Source: Camelus ferus
Lineage: Eukaryota
Direction of reading: 5' to 3'
DNA length: 64,000 nucleotides
NCBI RefSeq assembly: GCF_009834535.1
Contig: NC_045696.1
Span: 53,384,001-53,448,000, forward strand
The notes under the pieces were generated by a model, which was not told where the DNA came from, ran no database searches, and saw nothing but the letters and a program-made list of their open reading frames with translations. A program made the position numbers and the translations under genes. The number at the start of each line of letters is the position of its first letter. Within the stretch, counting starts at the first letter, position 1. This document shows, piece by piece, positions 26,011-40,177 of the stretch.

Positions 26011-29000
26011 GCAGAGTGGAGTGTGCTGGGGACAGGAGTGGGTGAAGGGACTAATTCCTCCTAACCATCCCTCCTAACCCTGTCATTTGGTTAGCTGCTG
26101 CTACTGGAGGCAGTGTGCTCCTTAGTGGATTTGGCTGCATCACCTCAATTGGTAAGAGTTTCCCAGACTTGCATAATTAAGAAAGGAAAAATTCCAAAAA
26201 GAAAACATACAATCCTTTTGGTATTAATGCTCATATTTATTATTGCTCATAAATAAAATGACATTAATTATTCTCTAATGTCCACTCTAAAAATGTGATA
26301 TGCACTTTGGAACATATCTGAAATACACATAACACCTGAAGTGGCTGAAATGGACCTTACTCACTGAAGCTTGATTACCCTAAATTTGTTTACTATAATC
26401 CTACTTTTTCCTAGTAGTTCTCACTAGATTTCACTCTTGAATTCTTAATCGGAAACAGTCCAGCATATTCTATGCTCACTGAATTTGATTGTTCATCATA
26501 ATCCTTTGCCTTTGATCTCCTTATATCTTTCTTTATTCTAATCTATTTCTAACTGGGGCCAGGCCATTCAGAAAAAATCTGTACTTCTGAAATGCATTTT
26601 GAATATCAAATAAAGTTACAGAATAGTTTTTTTTAATGATAAATAAATAATGACCTTTATGTTGGGAATGCTAGATTGTTTAAATATTAAAGAAGAAACT
26701 TACAAAAGACAGCTGTAAGTATGGAGCAGGGCTTTAAGAAAGAATCCAGTAGTGAAACACAGATTGGGGACTGATCAGGATAAAGGTGAGAGTTGAAATG
26801 CATGTGCACGTGTGTGTGAGAAGAAAAAGAAGAGTGGAGTCTGAGAGCTGCAACTTGGATACGATTTGCCATGTTGGAACAAGAAAACAGGGAAGAAGCG
26901 AGCAAAGTTGTTCCTGGAAAACAGCAGGTCCAGAGGGACTCTCCTTTCATCTGTAGAGCACAAAGTGCTTTCACATTCATTTGTCTTCACTTGACACCCT
27001 ATTGCACTCCAGAGAGCTCTTTGGAAGAAAGATATTATAAATGGCAGGTATTAAGATAATAAACATAAAAACAATAATAGATACTTAAGACCTTTAAATA
27101 GAAGGAGAGTGCTGGCTGTATTCATCACTAAGTGGTTTGGATCAATATCAAAGGATAAGAACTCAGGGTAGAGAAAGGACATTCCTATGTATGTAATGAA
27201 GTGATAAACACCCTGAAGGAGAGGGGTGGTCTCCTCTCCAAATGTTCCCTTCTGTCTTATCCGGAGTTACATTAGACCTGCCACTAATTCAACAGATGAT
27301 TAGAGACATTCATCAACAGATGAATAGAGAGATGATTGCCACGTGTATAATGGGACTTCCATGTTCCCAAGAGAAATTCCAACATTATAGGCCCTAACTT
27401 CATCATTAGCAGATGATGAACCTTTATGAAAAGAATGACCTAAATACAAGTTTGATGTTTTTTTTTTCCTAGTAAACAACTGACATGGAATCTATTTCCT
27501 AGAATGCCATTTTACAATAGTTACTCCAATGTGCAAATAAGCTTTGAGATTCTGATATTGTCCGAGCATTTGACAAGTGAAAAAGCTTACCTTTGGTAAC
27601 TAGCACTAAATTATTGCTTTCCCCCCAAAACACTTCAGCCCAACTTGAAAAGCTATGGAACATTATACACCACCATATAGAGGCACACATGCAAAAATAT
27701 GCCCACCAAAGATATATTAAAAACTGGACAGTTGGTGACTTCATACCCAGTTAGTTATTTGTCTAGTAACTCATTATTAATTCATCTAAAATATAACTAT
27801 GTAATTGGCAGAATTTAAATTTCAAGTTTGCTTCTTAGAGTTGCCACTAAGTTGCTCAGTTGCCTCCAGATGGGACAAATGAGATACCAGAGAATTGAAG
27901 ATTGAAACCTTGAGCCCAAGTCTTGGAGAGATGTTTGCAGAAGGAAGGATAATATGTCTGGTGCTATCTTTGGTATAATATGTGGTTTCTGAGCTCAAGT
28001 TTTCATATTTGACAAATGCAAATCCTACAGATAGTCAGATATGAGCATGAGATTTGGTATATCCTCACTGTATTTCCAGCCATTTAATTCTAGCTGTCAC
28101 CTGGACTTGGGGCTATGTACAGCACTGATTCTTTATCATCTCCACTTGCCTAGGCAGAGCCAGACAGAGTGTTATAATGTACTATATGTCAATGGCCCAG
28201 CTCTGAGGAGTGCCTGTCCTTACCTGAATTTTAAGAAAAAAAGTTTCCTTAATTTTTAAAGAAAAATATCAAATTTATAGTCTAAGATTTCTGTGTTATC
28301 ACATGGTAAAGAATTTCAAAGCAAAGAAAAATTTAATTTGCATTCTTTCCTACTGATGAGAATCTAAAATATTTTCCTTTATATGAAACAAAAAAGAGTC
28401 TATCTAAGATCATTTCTCTTAAACTATTCTTATATTTCCTAAATCATAAATTTAAATCAAAGAGGTTTAGCTGTACCTCCCATTTTTTTCCTACTGGATG
28501 GGGCTATAGCCAGTGTGAAATCTAGCCCTTTCATTTTACAAATGGAATAACTGGATACTTTAAAGGTCTTGCTCGAGGTCACACAATAGATCCTAGCAGA
28601 GCCAGAATGGGAACGCATTTCTTCTTATTCTCAGTTCAGAACTCTGATTGAACTATGGTAACAGTCAAGCAAAGGGGAACATATATGAGTATGTGCATAA
28701 GTGTGTATTTGTATCTGCATGTCATTTTGTTTAGTCTGTTTCCTTGGGTAGAATATCCCTACCCCCCTCCCCTACTCCTTGCTTCCAACTTTTCTTTATG
28801 CAGCAAATCCTTACTCCTAAATCAAGACCCAGTTCAAACACCATCTCTTTCTGCCTTCTTGCTCCATCTCAGTCAGTGCCCATCGCTTTATCCTCCTGGT
28901 AAGCACTTAAGTCATTTGGGTAGCACAATTGTCAAACATCAGAATTCTTTGCAAATACTTCTGTCTACTTCATCGGAGTAGATTATGATCTATTATCATT

Positions 29001-30489
29001 ATATCATGAACTCTTTAAGGATAGGAACTATATTTGTCTTTGAATGCATGGTGCCTAGAGGAGTGCTTAATGATGGTGAGAGTTCCATAGGGGATTGTAG
29101 AAATGGCTCAATTTAATTTAGACCAATTGAGGAAAGCCTTGATCTTCAGAGTGATTACTCAAACTAAGAATTATACTGTTACTGTAGGCATCACAAAGCA
29201 CTTCATTTTACTCAAGTGTAAGGACCTAACTTTAATAAGTACTTTGTGGGTGCTGGGGGGTGGGGTCAGGTATTGTTTTTTTCAGAAGCAACATTGGTCT
29301 ATTACTAATTTGATAACCTAGATGAAATGGACCACGTCCGTGAAAAACAGAAACAACATTGGCATTTACATTTCCCATGAAATCTTATTCTGAAAAAGCA
29401 GTACCTGTAACTTCTTATAACCTACTGAAATCTTCTGTGTGAAGATATTTCTCAGCCATTTATAGCTATTCCATTAAAGTCATCAGAGATAACCTGAAAT
29501 TTCAGGCCTCATCTTAAGTGGGTGATGCTTCAGTTAATGATCTGTTCACTAGCCTGAAGAGTTGCTACTGGGGAATATCTGAACTATCATATCTATTTCT
29601 CTAAGACCTAAATAGATTATTTAGAGAAGGCTACAATTTTGGAATGTAGGAATGAGACCTTTGAGGATAAGGCAAAGAAGAGCCAGCCATCTAGCTCAGC
29701 TGTGTCTCCAGCGAATGACTGTGGAAGCTCGTTCAACCTGAGCTATATGTCCAGATTTCCCCAGGCTGAAATATGACAGATTTTGAACAGGGAGAATTAT
29801 GAGATCACTCACACACTTTTCCCTGTTTTAACATGTAACATCATCCCTATCTTTCTTTTTGTCTGTTTCTACCTTCTCTCCCACCTTCCCTACTCTTCTG
29901 ATTCATATTTGGTTTAGTCTCTATTCCTAAAATGTCCCTTCTTTGCACCCTTCTATCTTTTTTTAGGACTATATCATTTTTTCCGTTTATCTTCACCCTT
30001 TACCTCATGTCCTACACTGGGCCATGAAAAAGGGAGTTGAAAGTTCAAAATGTATCTAATATGTGTACTGAACACAGTTTTCTGTTGTTTTGTTGTTGTT
30101 GTTCTTAATTTTCCTTTCAGCTTTGAGTTCTCAAGCACTCTTGATTAGGAGTGTTTGAAGATGAAAACAGTAAACTAACCCTAAGTATTTACTTCTGACA
30201 AAAGGAATAAAAAAGGAGCCAGACACTATGCTAAGGGCTCTGGGCAGCGGGGGGCAGGGTGTGAATTTGAGAAAGACAAAGTCCTTTTCCTTGAGAACAT
30301 CATACTGCAGTAGATAAGGCAGACATACACACAAATTGCTTTTTGCTTATGTGTGATCTTAAGATTGAATTTCAGATTTTTGTTCTATAAGTCACTGGTG
30401 TGTGAAAATTCAAGGATTCCCACTCTGCATTTTGAAATATTAAGTGAGACAAAGAATGGAATATTAAATAGGAATACTAAATTGGGAAC

Positions 30490-30620
30490 ATAAGGTAATC
30501 CTTCTAGACCTTTATTAAAATTGGCATGGACTTTGAAGGTTTGAGACTTTAATGAAAAGGAGGAGATTTGGAGAGGTTCTAAAAAAGAGCCCCCAAAATG
30601 ATTAAAGCAGTTAGAAAAGT
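30490..30620 (+). mobile_element. L3/CR1 LINE fragment
   Basis: ttggagaggttctaaaaaagagcccccaaaatgattaaagcagttagaaaa resembles the CR1 ORF2 motif LE.VQRRATKMIKGLE. Confidence 0.5.
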
Positions 30621-33600
30621 TAGCAGATGCCCGTCAGTTTGGAGCCAAGCAGACATTGTTGCTGGATCAAGTCAGAATCTGCCCAGAGGCCTTAGGAAAA
30701 TAATTCTGTAAAGTTAATGTTTTTAAACCATGAATGTCACCACAACTTCATTTTATTGACACTGCCTTAATCAGCTCCAGGCCACTCAATCCTCTTCTAA
30801 GTTCCCTTCTAGAAGGTCAGGCTTGCCTCATTCCTAATGCCATCTCAGCAGAGGAAGGATGTAATCATTGGTTTTTACTGCCATTCCTTCACCCTCTAGA
30901 CTCAGTAGCCCAGCCATCATAAAACCCTATCCCCTCTCCCTGCTTTATACTCTCAGCAGTTTCCCTGACAGCTAGCCAGTCCTAAAATCCAGCATATCAA
31001 GGGCAGAAGCCAATTAATCAGCAAGTAATTAGATGCTCCAAGTCTTCTATAAGACAGATTTCTCACAATATTGTGTGTGTGTGTTTATATATATATATAT
31101 ATACACAAAACACATATAACATATGTAAATAGTACTAAAGTAATATATAGAGCATATAATATTACTATATATAGTGTATGTTTATACCACTATAGTGGTA
31201 TATATAGAATATACTATTACCATACATGTAAATATATATCTAGGTGCCAGATACTTTGCCAGATGCTGGAGATCACATACACTCCACACATATACACACT
31301 TCATTTTCTTTCCAGATTACTGAGATACAATATTATTTATTTGTCCAAATTAAATATTCATTTTAGGGTCTGGCTCAGTTCTACCCACATAAAGAACTTA
31401 AAATAATAAAAAGTAGAATTGAAATGCTTCCTTCTATTTTCTCCCCAAATCTCTAAGCCTAGTATCTATTCTTTTCTTCTCTCAAATCACTTCCTACTAC
31501 ATACAAGTGCGCGCACACACACACACACACACAGATTTAGGAAAGTCAAAGGGAGCCCCCAAAAAGTAGAGGACTGAAAAAAATGGAAAGAGACTAGATA
31601 TGAGGCCTTCAACTGCTTAGAGAAGAAGGAGCTGAAAAAAAAATTGTAATTCCAGTTCCTCTTTTTAGCCATAAAATAAGATGACTCTCCAGGATCATCA
31701 AGCATATCAAGTGAGATTTCAGCCAAATGTGTGACTTACAACCCTTAGTGAGGGCATCTGGATCTGAGATCCAACAAAAGTGGGTGCTACAGAAACTTTC
31801 AAAATTAAAAAAAAAATTGTTTTAACATGAAATTTCATGGGCTTGTTACTGCATCAACAATATACAGATGAGAGGTGTAAGAAGACCCTCATGTAAATGC
31901 ATTTTCCCACCCACCCAATGCTGCATTTCTCCATTTCTTCTTTCAACTCTGTAGCCCATTTGACAGCACCTTTACAGACCACTGGGCTAATTCAAACTTG
32001 GAAATTGAGAGTTCAGGCTTAAAGTAAAAGTGAAATGTTCAGGATTTTCCAAAAACTTTAAAATCCCAAACAACAGCAATCCTATTATGAAACTCAAAAA
32101 AGAGCTGTGTGAACTTTTTTTTTTTTTGTAAAAGCACTGCTGATTAGCATTTTGCAAAAAAAAAAAAAAATTGGTAAAGAATGATGACTTCATTGGAAAG
32201 GCAGGAGGCTCCCTCCCTACCTAGCCTCCACACCTACCTTTACTTGTGCCAAAAGATTCAATGAACCTGGTCAGAGGTAATTAAGGTGCCTCTTACTAGG
32301 AATGGGCCATGCACTCAGTATTTCCATATATAAACATCACTGAATTATTGGGGAAAGGGGGATAGCATGAAACAAAGTAGTCCAAATAACACCTGGCAAA
32401 GATAAAATCCCTGACAACCTTTTGCTGGGATGTGTTGGGGTGTTTGTCCCTCTGGGTTGCAAAGTTGATCAGACTGCATAGGGTATCAAGGAATATGGAA
32501 AGTTCAGTCTTCTGAGCCAGGTTATTTTCACTCAATACTGTCACAGCTCGTCTTCTTACTCTACTTATATAACTGTTTCTTAAAATACTATCGATTTGGG
32601 GAAGACTACTTCCTCATGAAATCATCTTTCTTTTATGGTGAATATTATTTCTTAATGTTTGTTTCCAAACCAGTCAGTCAACAATAAGCTTAATCAATGA
32701 TCAGCCACCTTTTCCATCAGAGTCAACCTTTAACATCCATTTAGATTCCCTTCTTAAGGGAATTCAAACTTCTCTGGGAATGTCTGAATCTCAAAAGTAA
32801 GAATGATACTATTAGAAAGACCATTAGATGCTATCCAGTTCCCAGGTTTTCAAACTACTTCCCTCCAAATTCTTGGATTTTTTAACAGTGTGGAGTGGGA
32901 GTAAAGAGAATGCCAAAAAAGATTTCAACAAAAGAAACAAAACTCTAAGCTACTTTTATACACTGAGGTTCCACTTTCAATTTCATTTGATAGAAGATAT
33001 TTTTGTTAGTGGTGGAGAAGTTCCAGTCTAAGAGAGATTCAGTAGCTTGCTTCAGATCACTCAGCTAGTGCCAGAGCCAGGATTAGACCCAGGTCTCCAG
33101 AGCTTTCATCTACTGCGTATCTTTTCTGCCACTCCACACCCGACTCTTCTAATTCCTCTTTCCATCCTGCTGACATCTACTTATTCTCTTTTAATAATTA
33201 TTCCATTCTACTGTCTTCTTCCACAACTTTACAATTGTGTCTAGGGCAGTCTTCATTTCTCTGTTTATTTTATTCAACATTACTTTTATATCAATTCTGA
33301 GAGCAGTAGTCCACTGCCAAAAGACAAAAGGGACCATTTACATCACAAGTAATATTATCATCCTTTACACTGACAAAATTTTATTTAGAGACATTCAACC
33401 TTCATAGATTTACACATTAACTATATTGGTGTAATCTCAAATATCCTTATGAAGTACACAAAAAGGGTAACAAAAAAAGACCCAGAAATGAGAAACAACA
33501 TGCCCAAAGCACAAGCAAGGCTAGAGTCCTGTTTCCCAGTCTCCACTCTTTCCACTTGACCACTCCAAATGAAGAGAAGGATTGGATGGGGGGGGGGGGG

Positions 33601-33974
33601 TTAAATTTCCACCTGCATGGGAAATTCATCTGTTTTCCCTTGACATTTCAAATGACTTGATTCCTTATTAAATCAGTCATGTATAAACTTACAAATTACT
33701 CCTTCACCTTGCCAACCTCACCACCAACCTGCTGAAGCAAGACCAAAGAGCTGTAAGCTCCTTCATAAACTTTTCTTCACAATCTACATGGTTGATTGCT
33801 CTTTCTAGGCATTTTTTCAGCCTTTAAATTTTGACAGTATTTTCAACATAACCAATCCCCTTTGGAACTCTCATCAGTCCTACATTTTCTTTTCCATTGG
33901 GTTTTTACTCATGTACTCATTCTACTTAGAATATTTCATTTGGGGGATAATCTGTGTAATAAGCTACACTACCC

Positions 33975-34400
33975 AAGATTCCTCAAAAAATTAAAAATAG
34001 AACTACTATATGATCTAGTAATTCTGAGTATTTATCTGAAAAAAAAATGAAAACACTAATTCAAAAAGATACTTGCATCCCAAAGTTTCATAGCAGCATT
34101 ATTTACAATTGCCAAGATATGGAAACAACCTAAGTGTCCATCAACAGATGAAGAGAGAAAGAAGATTCCATATATACAATGGAATATCACTCAGCCATAA
34201 AAAAGAATGAAATCTTGCTATTTGCAGTAACATGCAGACGTGGAGGGCATTATGCTAACTGAAATAAGTCAAGCAGAGAAAAACAAAAACTGTATGATCC
34301 CTCTTATATGTGGAATCTAATCTCCAAGTTCATAGACACAGAGAATAGACTGGTGGTTGCCAGAGGTGGGAGGTGGGGTGGAGGGGGTGGGAAAAATTGA
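33975..34400 (+). mobile_element. L1 3' fragment
   Basis: ttcctcaaaaaattaaaaatagaactac, gccaagatatggaaacaacctaagtgtccatcaacagatg and tcagccataaaaaagaatgaaatcttg. Confidence 0.9.
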
Positions 34401-36266
34401 TGAACTGTTTTTTTCTTCTTGTAGTTTAAATGAATTGGATCTTTTTAAGTGCTACGAAATTAAAGATGAATGAACCACAAATGGTATAAAATGCCTTTTT
34501 CAAATTAAGTTTCTGATGTTATAAGTGTTTTTTTAAAGTAACAATGGAAGGAGACAGCAAATACCTGAGCATTGGCATATGCATAACACCAAGGTAACAT
34601 GTGCATATATCCAATTAGATATATAAAAGATGCAGATATATTAAATAAATCCCATGCAGGCTCTGAACCCCTACCTCCTCCACAATATAATGGAATGGAG
34701 AGACCAGAAAATATCCCAAGGTAGAGTGAGTAATATATACTCACCACTGCTATAATTTTCATCAAAATCTAAAGATTTGCAAAGAATTGCCTTCATTTCC
34801 TGTATCCTCTAGCCAAGGGGAGGCACTCAAATGGTAGTGATACTAATAAACCCTGATCTAAAGCTCATGCTTTTTGCCCTAACAGGCAGTAGGGAGGTTA
34901 AAGGTATCAATTTGAACACCTGCTGAAGGGTAAGGAACTTCTTTATGGTATCAGCAATTCAACTTTCTGTTGAAAACCAGCATCCTTTAAAAGTTATGGT
35001 AACAGGCACTTCTGGATCAGTCATGGCAAAATAGTTACAATCATATCTATTGCTTGATGCCCTGTAACCATCAGCTTATTTGAGCTGTCATCTCATACCT
35101 GATACCAATTGTGCTGAGTGTTCCTATACCCAGTTTGGAAAACCAGTTAAAGACAAAAGGTGGTTTTCTTTCTCTACTATAAAGAGTTTTGGGTCATGGT
35201 TGGTTGCCTTCTCACTCCGCTTTTAAAAGAAGAGAGAAAATGCCTTCAGTTTGCTGGGAGCAAAAAATATGTTCTTTTTCATCTGAAACCATTCCTTGTG
35301 TCTTACTAAATATTACTGAGCATCCATAAGTAGCTTCTCATCTCTATTTGCAACAGCAAACTGAATGTATTAGGAAAACCTTTTCAGACTGGTAGAGCCT
35401 AGCAGCCCAGGAAGCTTTGGGGAATAAAATATCTGAGAGCAGGTGGCCTAGATAGCCCAGCTGTAAGGCTGTTGATAGGAACTGCCACTTATCAAGTTAG
35501 GGCAGCTTGTTCCTGTAGCTTGTGAGGAGTTAGACACAATTCTATGCCCTTTAGACACTCTGGGTGGCAACAAAAAAAGCAGGCATTTCACCATGTCCTG
35601 TGCCTCCTTTTTCATGTGATTTCTTTATACTTGGACAGAACAGTTTCAAGTGCAGGAGTGAAAACTTCAGTACCAGGAGACAAGAGACTATTGACCCAGA
35701 GTCCATATGTCAGTAGTCTCCTTCCCCTTTGGGACTGGTCAGTTACCATAGTAACCAACAGCCAAGGTTTATCAGTGCTTGTTAGTGTTTAAAAGATGAT
35801 TTATAAACATATAAATAATTGGCAGCTCATTAACAGGTGGGGCTCCTGAACTCAGCTGCCTTCGGGAATTATCTACAGGATTTGAGAGTTGTGCTCCTGT
35901 CCTCTGCAGCTGCCTGCCTATCTGGCTTAGAGAGTATCAGCCTTGAAAACAAGGCAAAGAGGAAACAATCCATCAGTGGGGCAGGTGTACCAGGCTGTGT
36001 GACCAACGGTGGTTGCTCACCTAGCAGAGTGCACAGGGACAGATGGGAGGAGTACAGATTGCCCACTTTCAATTACTTGTTCAGAAAATGTACGTACTGT
36101 ATCCTGAAAAAATACCTTTATTTCTTGGCAAATTCATTAGGAATGGAGCCAGACTGACATATAAGTTGTTTATATTGGAAAAGCCCCTTAGCTAAAAATA
36201 CCTCCCTGAACTAGCAGGCACAGAATCTGAAAGTGCATTAGAATAGATGTATTGCATTACTTTTAG

Positions 36267-36267
<1 letters not shown>

Positions 36268-36312
<45 letters not shown>
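36268..36312. repeat. (TG)n microsatellite followed by a GA-rich tract
   Basis: Perfect TG run of about 22 units. Confidence 0.95.
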
Positions 36313-36316
<4 letters not shown>

Positions 36317-37479
36317 CAGAGTACAGAGACAGAGAGAGACAAAGAGAGAGAGATTGAGACTTGAGTGTTGTTAAGGGGTCTTAGAGGAGAATGAGGCTGA
36401 GAGATAAATGGAGTAGTTCAATATTCCCAACAGTAGTAAACATGGTAACCCTGCAGCTGATCATATTTTTAACAACTGGAGAGACTCAGGACAGCCTGAG
36501 ATGACCTAAGAAACCAGAGCTGTGAATGTCAGGAATTGCAAGAGTTTATGGATCAGAGCCACACTTTTTCCAAATTGCAATTTTAACAGGCTAGATCTGA
36601 CTTAGATGATTCTAAGGTTTGGGATTTCCAGTTTTGTTTTTAATTTTTAAGGACCTCTTTCAATAGGTAATATTTTTCTATAGTTTTTGGAGTCCTGAAT
36701 AATTATAACTAAGAAAATATATTCATTGAAGAAGAGAATGCATTCATTTCTCTAAAAAGTAATATAGTGATTATTACTATTATTATTGTTGTAATTTTGG
36801 CTTGGAATAGAAGAAAGGAGAGAGAAATAAGAAGATAATTGGAGGATACCACAAAGAAATAGAGAGACTTTGAGAGGGAAAGACTTTAGAGAGAGACTAA
36901 GAAGAGGGAAAAACTGGAGGCTAAAAAGATGTCTCATTTGGTTTCTGCAGCTTATTTCTTTCATTTATGGAGAATCTCAGGAGCCTAGAACTAGGCATAG
37001 TCAGGCCGTGCTGTATGAGGGACGGCATAAGGAAAGGCAAGAGTATCAGCTGCGCACTGCTCTGCAGGGTATTCCACCAACCCCAGGAGGTATGCAGCCC
37101 AGCAATGATGACAGGTATCTATCTCAAAGCCAGAGTGGCTGATTAATCCTTCAATTATTTTAATTTCTGTAACAGCATATTTTGTCCCCGACTCAACTAA
37201 GTACCTAATTCCACTGACAAAGCACCTAACTCGCCAGCAACTAGAAAGTGTTATTCAGGTTGATTAAACACAATGCTATTTATAGAAATACCTCTTTTGT
37301 TTTAATAATTGGTAGTTGTTTTTAATTCTACCCTCTACAAAGTGGGGGGTAATTATCTTAATCCTCTCTCCATCTTGCTGAGACTTTTTAAATATATTCC
37401 ATGCTCTTGGAACAAAAGCTCTATTCCAAATAAAAATAAAAATAACAAGAGTTTGTATAGTTTTTACTGTTTCCAGAGT

Positions 37480-37680
37480 CATCCTAAGTACTTTACGTAT
37501 AATAATAACTCATTTAATCCTCTCAAAAACTTTATAAGTTAGGCACCATTATTGTCTTTTTACATTTGAGAAAATAGAGATGTTAAAAAAAAAAAAACTT
37601 GCTCAAGAATACAGCAAGAAGCAGATTAGAAACAGATCTAGAATTTGAAAACCCAACACATGAGAGACTGCCCTCCTGCT
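37480..37680 (-). mobile_element. MIR SINE
   Basis: ctaagtactttacgtataataataactcatttaatcctctcaa...ttttacatttgagaaaatagag...acttgctcaag. Confidence 0.7.
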
Positions 37681-39560
37681 TCCCTCCATTCCATCAACAC
37701 ATGCACTGAGTGATGGTTCCACCTCCACTGATGAAGTAGGAGGGTGTAAGAGAGTGTAACTCTCACCATAACAACAAAGCAACTCAGGTACAAAATCGGG
37801 TTTCCTGAATCCCTCAGAGATGTCACATTTCAAAGAATCTCTAAATAAACTGAACTCCAGTGATGAACACTTCATAGAAGAGAAAACATACAAAGCTGCT
37901 CTCCCCTCTGGCTGACGAGGAAATCAGCCAGACAGGAAATCAGCAGAATCTTTTAACAAAATTTTAAGGCCTGTGCGTGGGCTGCCAGGAAGGATTTGAA
38001 TTCTGAGCCCCTAGTGGCAGAGTAAATCTGCATCCACACCAAATCTATTGCCTGGGTCTTTACTGAGTGTTCCAGGGAAGTTTTCCAAAGGCTTGAAAGC
38101 AGGAGAGGAGAGCTGAGAGGGAGCGATTTAAACTCAGGATTTCAGCTTCTATGAGTTGGAGACAGATGGGAGTTCTGAGAGAGAGTGCTCTGAGCATCCT
38201 GGGAGGAAAGGATTGTAAGCATTGTAGGACTGGAGGAGAGGAAAGAAAACCCCTACAAAACACAAAGAGCTGGACGCCAGGCTGTAAGAACTGAGAGCTC
38301 TCCATGTTTTAGAAAGCTAGTAGAAACGCAAAGACATCTATGGAGCTCACTAGTGCTCAGATCCCAAACCTACCAGACGTAAATTCTAATTCCACTCTCA
38401 AAAAATTCCAAGCCTACAGCCAAACTAAAGTTGCAACCAAGTTCAAACATATCTCAACTAGAGAACAGATTTATTTAGCTCTCTATTCTACAATTTTTCT
38501 AGAAATAAGTAATATTCACATCTGTTTTTATACAACATGTCTTTAATGCTGTAAAATTTATGACAAAAAAAGAAGAAAACATAAATCATGGTCCTGAGAG
38601 AATATATGAAGAGGGAAGACCCAGAGGTGACCCCGACAGCGGAATTATCAGACTTCAAATAAAAATAAAAAATCTAAAGGATAGAGTAGAAAAACCAGGC
38701 AACGTGAGTGAAGAGATAGGGGATTTTATCAGAGATAGGAATACTACACTAAACAAAACTCTATTGAAAAGTTTCAGAAAAAATTCAGTATCATGAATGA
38801 AGAGTTCATTAGATGGATTTAATAGCAGACTGGAGTCAGAAATGAGAAAAAGTACCCTTGAAGACCAATCAATAGCACAGCTGTTGCCGCTTGTGCACTC
38901 CTTAGGTAAGGACCTGGTACCTCTTTTGTGAAGCAGCCGTTGAGAATTCAGTACTTGCCATGGCTGAAGAAAAGCCCAAGGAGGAGTCAAGACTGAGAAC
39001 AATGATCATACTAATTTGAAGCCGCAGGCCTAGATGGTTCTGTGGTGCAGTTTAAGATTAAGATACATAACAGCACTTAGTAAACTAATGAACGCCTAGT
39101 ATGAATGACAGGGTTTGTCAATTAGGCAAACCAGATTCCAAACTGATGGGCAGCCAGTCAATGAAGCAAATACACCTGCCCCGTTGGAAATGAAAGGTGA
39201 AAATGCAACTGGTATGTTCTGGGAGCAGAAAGGAAGTGTCTACTAAAAAAAAAGGAACCTGTTACTTTACTCCAGAACTCTTCCTCCATACCATGAAGAC
39301 ATTCTCAATTAGAAAACCCAATTTGGTCCTAACACATCCTGACTACTACAGTACAGTTTTTTCTATTCTTTCATGTTCCTCTTTCCCATTTCTTGACGGT
39401 ACAAAGTTACTGGTGTCCATACTGAAGCACATTGCATTTTTTAAAAAACCAAATGGCCAGTGGTATACTTTGATCAACACCAAATGAAGATGGGTTGGGG
39501 GAAATACTACTTCTGTGAAAATACCTCCCTTTCTCCATTAGTGGCATGCTCATTTAGCTC

Positions 39561-39670
39561 TTTTTTTTTTTTTTTAAATGAGGGGAGGCAATTTTATGCT
39601 TATTTATTTATTTATGTAAAAGGAGGCACTGGGAATTGAACACAGGGCCTTGTGTAAGCTAGGCATGCGC
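39561..39670 (-). mobile_element. tRNA-derived SINE, camelid-type, 5'-truncated, inserted in the SUMO2 retrocopy 3'UTR
   Basis: Minus strand reads gcgcatgcctagc...ccctgtGTTCAATTCCcagtgcctcc (B box), then (TAAA)n, ttgcctcccctc and an A15 tail. The target AGCTCTTTT is present on both sides. Confidence 0.8.
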
Positions 39671-39872
39671 TTCACTCAGCTCTTTTCTTTATATTCCAGT
39701 ACGTTATTTTGTACTCACTGTTTAACAGAAAAATCCTTGCATACTTTGTTCAATTGGAGAATTTTAATGTTTTTCATTTATCATTGTAAAACCAAGGGCA
39801 ATTTTATACCTTTTTTGCATGTAGAACAATCTGCCTTTAAATGGAAATAAATTACTCTAAAAGAGTTTTTTT

Positions 39873-40177
39873 TAACAAAACAGAGACTCACAGACATAGA
39901 AAATAAACTTAGGGTTACCAGGGATGGGGGGTAGGGAGAGATAAATTAGGAATTTGGGATTTGCAGATATTAACTATTATAAATAAAATAGATAAAAAAC
40001 AAGGTCCTACTGTTTAGCACAGGGAACTATATTCAATATCCTGTAATAACCTATAATGAAAAGATATGAAAAACAACATATATATGTATAACTGAATCAC
40101 TTTGCTGTACATCAGAAACTAACACAACATTGTAAATCAACTATACTTCAATAAAAAGATTTAAATATTTAAAAAAA
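39873..40177 (+). mobile_element. Short L1 3' end (cetartiodactyl-type) inserted in the SUMO2 retrocopy 3'UTR
   Basis: agactcacagacatagaaaa, aaggtcctactg...tagcacagggaactatattcaatatc and cacaacattgtaaatcaactatacttcAATAAA (40150-40155). Confidence 0.9.

Noticed and set aside
38005..38020. CTCF-like CTGCCACTAGGGGCTC on the minus strand
   Set aside because: It is one G short of the core spacing and lies inside an old L1.
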